DNA of 64,000 bases from assembly GCA_963812155.1 (NCBI GenBank), contig CAWETW010000001.1:192001-256000 (forward strand), given 5' to 3'. Below the pieces are notes generated by a model. That model was not told the DNA's origin. It searched no databases and saw only the letters and a list, made by a program, of their open reading frames with translations. Shown here piece by piece: positions 61,476 to 64,000 of the stretch (the stretch's first letter is position 1; every line of letters begins with the position of its first letter). The position numbers and the translations under genes were made by a program. This DNA is from Vulcanimicrobiota bacterium. GTDB lineage: Bacteria > Vulcanimicrobiota > Vulcanimicrobiia > Vulcanimicrobiales > Vulcanimicrobiaceae.

Positions 61476-62132
61476 TTATCTTGAGTAGTATTCGACGATG
61501 AGTTGCTCGTCCACCGGCGTGTCGATCTGCTCGCGCGCCGGCATCTGCAGCACTTTTCCCATCTTGTCCTGATCGTTCCAATCCAGCCATTCGGGCGGCC
61601 GCCGGCCGGCGGCGACCTCGAGATTCGACTGGAATACGGTCGACTTCAGGCTGCGCTCGCCGATCGAGATCGCGTCTCCGGGCTTGCATATGTACGACGG
61701 GATGTTCACGAGGCGGCCGTTGACGCGAAAGTGACGGTGCGTGACGAGCTGGCGCGCTTGCGCGCGGCTTCCCGACAAGTTCAGCCGATACACGATGTTA
61801 TCGAGCCGTCGCTCCAGCAACGCCAGAAACGTCTTACCGGTTTGACCCGGGACGCGCGCCGCTTCGCGAAAGTAGTTTTCGAACTGCGTTTCGTGAACGC
61901 CGTAGTAGCGGCGCATCTTCTGCTTCTCGCGAAGTTGCCGCCCGTACTCCGAAACCTTCGTGCGTGATTTGCCGGCGGTCTTCTGGCCGGGCGCGGTTCC
62001 GCGACGTTCGACGGCGCATTTTTTCGAAAGGCAGCGGTCGCCTTTTAAAAACAGTTTGATTTTTTCGCCCGTTTTGCTGGCCGCGGTTTCGCGGCGGCAC
62101 AGCCGGCATACGGGGCCGGTATAGCGCGACAT
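61476..62132 (-). CDS. rpsD: 30S ribosomal protein S4 (zinc-binding type)
   Basis: '[13 protein letters not shown]', 'QLREKQK', 'LERRLDN', 'IVEYYSR'. Confidence 0.97.
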   Translation of the reverse strand: MSRYTGPVCRLCRRETAASKTGEKIKLFLKGDRCLSKKCAVERRGTAPGQKTAGKSRTKVSEYGRQLREKQKMRRYYGVHETQFENYFREAARVPGQTGKTFLALLERRLDNIVYRLNLSGSRAQARQLVTHRHFRVNGRLVNIPSYICKPGDAISIGERSLKSTVFQSNLEVAAGRRPPEWLDWNDQDKMGKVLQMPAREQIDTPVDEQLIVEYYSR

Positions 62133-62144
62133 AAACTCTCCTGA

Positions 62145-62540
62145 CTAAACCCGGCGGCGTTTCGGCGGGCGGCAGCCGTTGTGCGGAATTGGGGTGACGT
62201 CCTTGATCATCGTGATTTCGAGACCCGCGGCCTGAAGCGACCGGATTGCAGCCTCGCGTCCGCCGCCCGGGCCTTTCACGAAGACGTCGGTCGACTTCAT
62301 TCCATGGTCCATCGCCTTGCGCGCGGCCGCTTCTGCGGCCATCTGCGCCGCGAACGGCGTCGATTTCTTCGATCCTTTGAAGCCGAGATTACCGGCCGAC
62401 GCCCACGACACGACGTTTCCGTGCGGGTCGCTGATCGTTACGATCGTGTTATTGAACGACGCGTGCACGTGCGCCACGCCGGATTGAACGTTCTTGACTT
62501 CGCGCTTACGGCGCGACTTCGTTTGCTTCTTTGCAGCCAA
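62145..62540 (-). CDS. rpsK: 30S ribosomal protein S11
   Basis: '[10 protein letters not shown]', 'KSTPFAAQ', '[18 protein letters not shown]'. Confidence 0.98.
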   Translation of the reverse strand: MAAKKQTKSRRKREVKNVQSGVAHVHASFNNTIVTISDPHGNVVSWASAGNLGFKGSKKSTPFAAQMAAEAAARKAMDHGMKSTDVFVKGPGGGREAAIRSLQAAGLEITMIKDVTPIPHNGCRPPKRRRV

Positions 62541-62683
62541 CCGAAATCTCCGATATTTATCTTTCCCCGAACGACGGGGTGTCGTCGCCTCGACCCATTT
62601 TCAGGATCTGCTTTCACGAACGCTCGGCGATGGCGATCGCGCTGCCGCGGGCACCCAGGAGAGAGCGGGCGCCACAATCCGCC

Positions 62684-62736
62684 ATTCTACCCGACCCTCG
62701 GAACGAACGCAAGGGCCCGGCGGCTGCCGGGCCCTT
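62684..62736 (-). promoter_or_regulatory. Hairpin plus sigma-70 promoter upstream of rpsK
   Basis: AAGGGCCCGGC/GCCGGGCCCTT stem (62711-62736) overlapping TTGCGT-N17-TAGAAT (62712-62684). Confidence 0.7.
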
Positions 62737-62769
62737 GGCTGCTCTTCCGATCCCCAGCGGGGCGAAGGG

Positions 62770-64000
62770 CTAGAACTTGAGGCCTAGACCGACGTAGGCA
62801 CCGTTGAACGAGAACGAGATCGGCGCGTTGTTCTTGTTCGCACCGTTCTCGCCGGCCCAGCCGGCGTCGAGGAAGACCGGCCCTGCGACGACCCAGTTTA
62901 CGCCAACCTTGTACTTGAGCAGGTTGTAGCCGATGCCGTACGAGGTCGGGCCCGTGTTGATGGCCGCGTTGGTGTACGTACCCCTGTAGTTGGGATAGTA
63001 GTAGACGCTGCCGTAGAACGAGAGGGCCTGATCGAGGTCGGGCAGCTTCTCGATGCCGCCGCCGACCGCCTGAAGGTTCGGATAGCCGTAGTTGCTGGAA
63101 CCCCAGATGTAGCCGACCCCGATATAAACGCGCGGATTGAAGACCCGAACGCCGAGACGCACGTCGACGTCGCGGTTGACCGCGTTGAACGCCGGAACGT
63201 AGGTCGCGAAACGGCCGCCGATTGCGGTAACGTAGCACTGCGGTGCGTTTTGCGGGGTTGCAACGTTCTGCGCTACGCCGCAGGGATGCGGATAGCCCCA
63301 GTTGTTGTAATCGCCTTCAACCATCCACGGGATGTTGAACGCGTCGAATTCCATCGCGCCGCGAACCGAGAACGAACCGCCCGTCCCGCGCGACGAGTTC
63401 GCAAACTCGTTGTATATATGGGGCGAGATGATGTAATCGCCGGCCACAAACAAGTCTTTGTATTGCGGTTTCGGCGTCGGTGCGGGCGTCGGCGGCGGCG
63501 GCGGTGGTGCCGAAGCCGGCGGCGGCGGAGGCGGCGTCGCGGGAATGTAACGCACGACGACGAGATGTTTGTCGGGTACCCACAAGACGTAGGCGCCCAT
63601 CGTTTCCGAGATGACGCGCACGGGAACGAGCATGTTGCCTTGATACATCATCGGCGGGACGTCGAGCGGACGCGACTCGCCGTTGATCAACACCTCGGGC
63701 TTGCCCACGGTGACTTTGATTTCGGCGCCCGGTTTACTTACCGTCGCCGTTTGACTTCCGGCATCGTACGATACCGTCGCGCCCATTTGTTCGAACATCG
63801 AACGTAACGGAATGAGAATCGTACCGCCCTTGACGAGCGCCGCGAGCACGCGGCCTTGTTTGAGGACGTCCGGTTTGGTGTAGACGTGGTGGTCGTTATA
63901 CAGAATCGGAATTTGGCCTGACGGCGGCGTTCCGAAGTTCGCTTCGGGCGTAGACGACGTCTGTGCGAGGCTCTGCCCCGCGCCTGACGGCGCTGCAACC
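62770..64000 (-). CDS. Copper-amine-oxidase N-terminal (stalk) domain protein with Pro linker and putative outer-membrane beta-barrel (5' end outside the window)
   Basis: 'IPLRSMFEQMGATVSYD', 'LDVPP...VPVRVISE..GA.V.W', poly-Pro linker, aromatic beta-strands ending in C-terminal Phe; frame open to the window edge. Confidence 0.8.
   Translation of the reverse strand, partial: VAAPSGAGQSLAQTSSTPEANFGTPPSGQIPILYNDHHVYTKPDVLKQGRVLAALVKGGTILIPLRSMFEQMGATVSYDAGSQTATVSKPGAEIKVTVGKPEVLINGESRPLDVPPMMYQGNMLVPVRVISETMGAYVLWVPDKHLVVVRYIPATPPPPPPASAPPPPPPTPAPTPKPQYKDLFVAGDYIISPHIYNEFANSSRGTGGSFSVRGAMEFDAFNIPWMVEGDYNNWGYPHPCGVAQNVATPQNAPQCYVTAIGGRFATYVPAFNAVNRDVDVRLGVRVFNPRVYIGVGYIWGSSNYGYPNLQAVGGGIEKLPDLDQALSFYGSVYYYPNYRGTYTNAAINTGPTSYGIGYNLLKYKVGVNWVVAGPVFLDAGWAGENGANKNNAPISFSFNGAYVGLGLKF

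Overview
High-GC bacterial chromosomal region, mostly core genome. Gene content (NHL-repeat lipoprotein, copper-amine-oxidase-N/beta-barrel protein, secretin alongside Terrabacteria-type genes) suggests Ca. Eremiobacterota/Vulcanimicrobiota; this is an inference, not checked by a 16S search. In order it carries: a MazEF-like TA pair, a HhH-GPD glycosylase, mdh, a glcF-like gene, STAS and DUF1835 genes, tRNA-Gln, an NlpC/P60 gene under a c-di-AMP riboswitch directly behind cdaA-cdaR-glmM, rsgA, rpsT, aroC-aroK-aroB-priA, a 13-gene type IV pilus cluster with an embedded sigma factor, CcdA-like and TPR genes, ftsA-ftsZ-thyX behind an NrdR-like box, ftsQ, dnaE, a type-E succinate dehydrogenase, pckA, one rRNA operon, pruA and rpsK-rpsD-rpoA-rplQ without an adjacent rpsM. 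The 23S gene contains a 300-nt ORF-less group I intron after U2500 and a 183-nt hairpin insertion in domain III. About ten single-base frameshifts in core genes (glmM, aroC, ftsZ, dnaE, sdhA, pckA) look like read or assembly errors.
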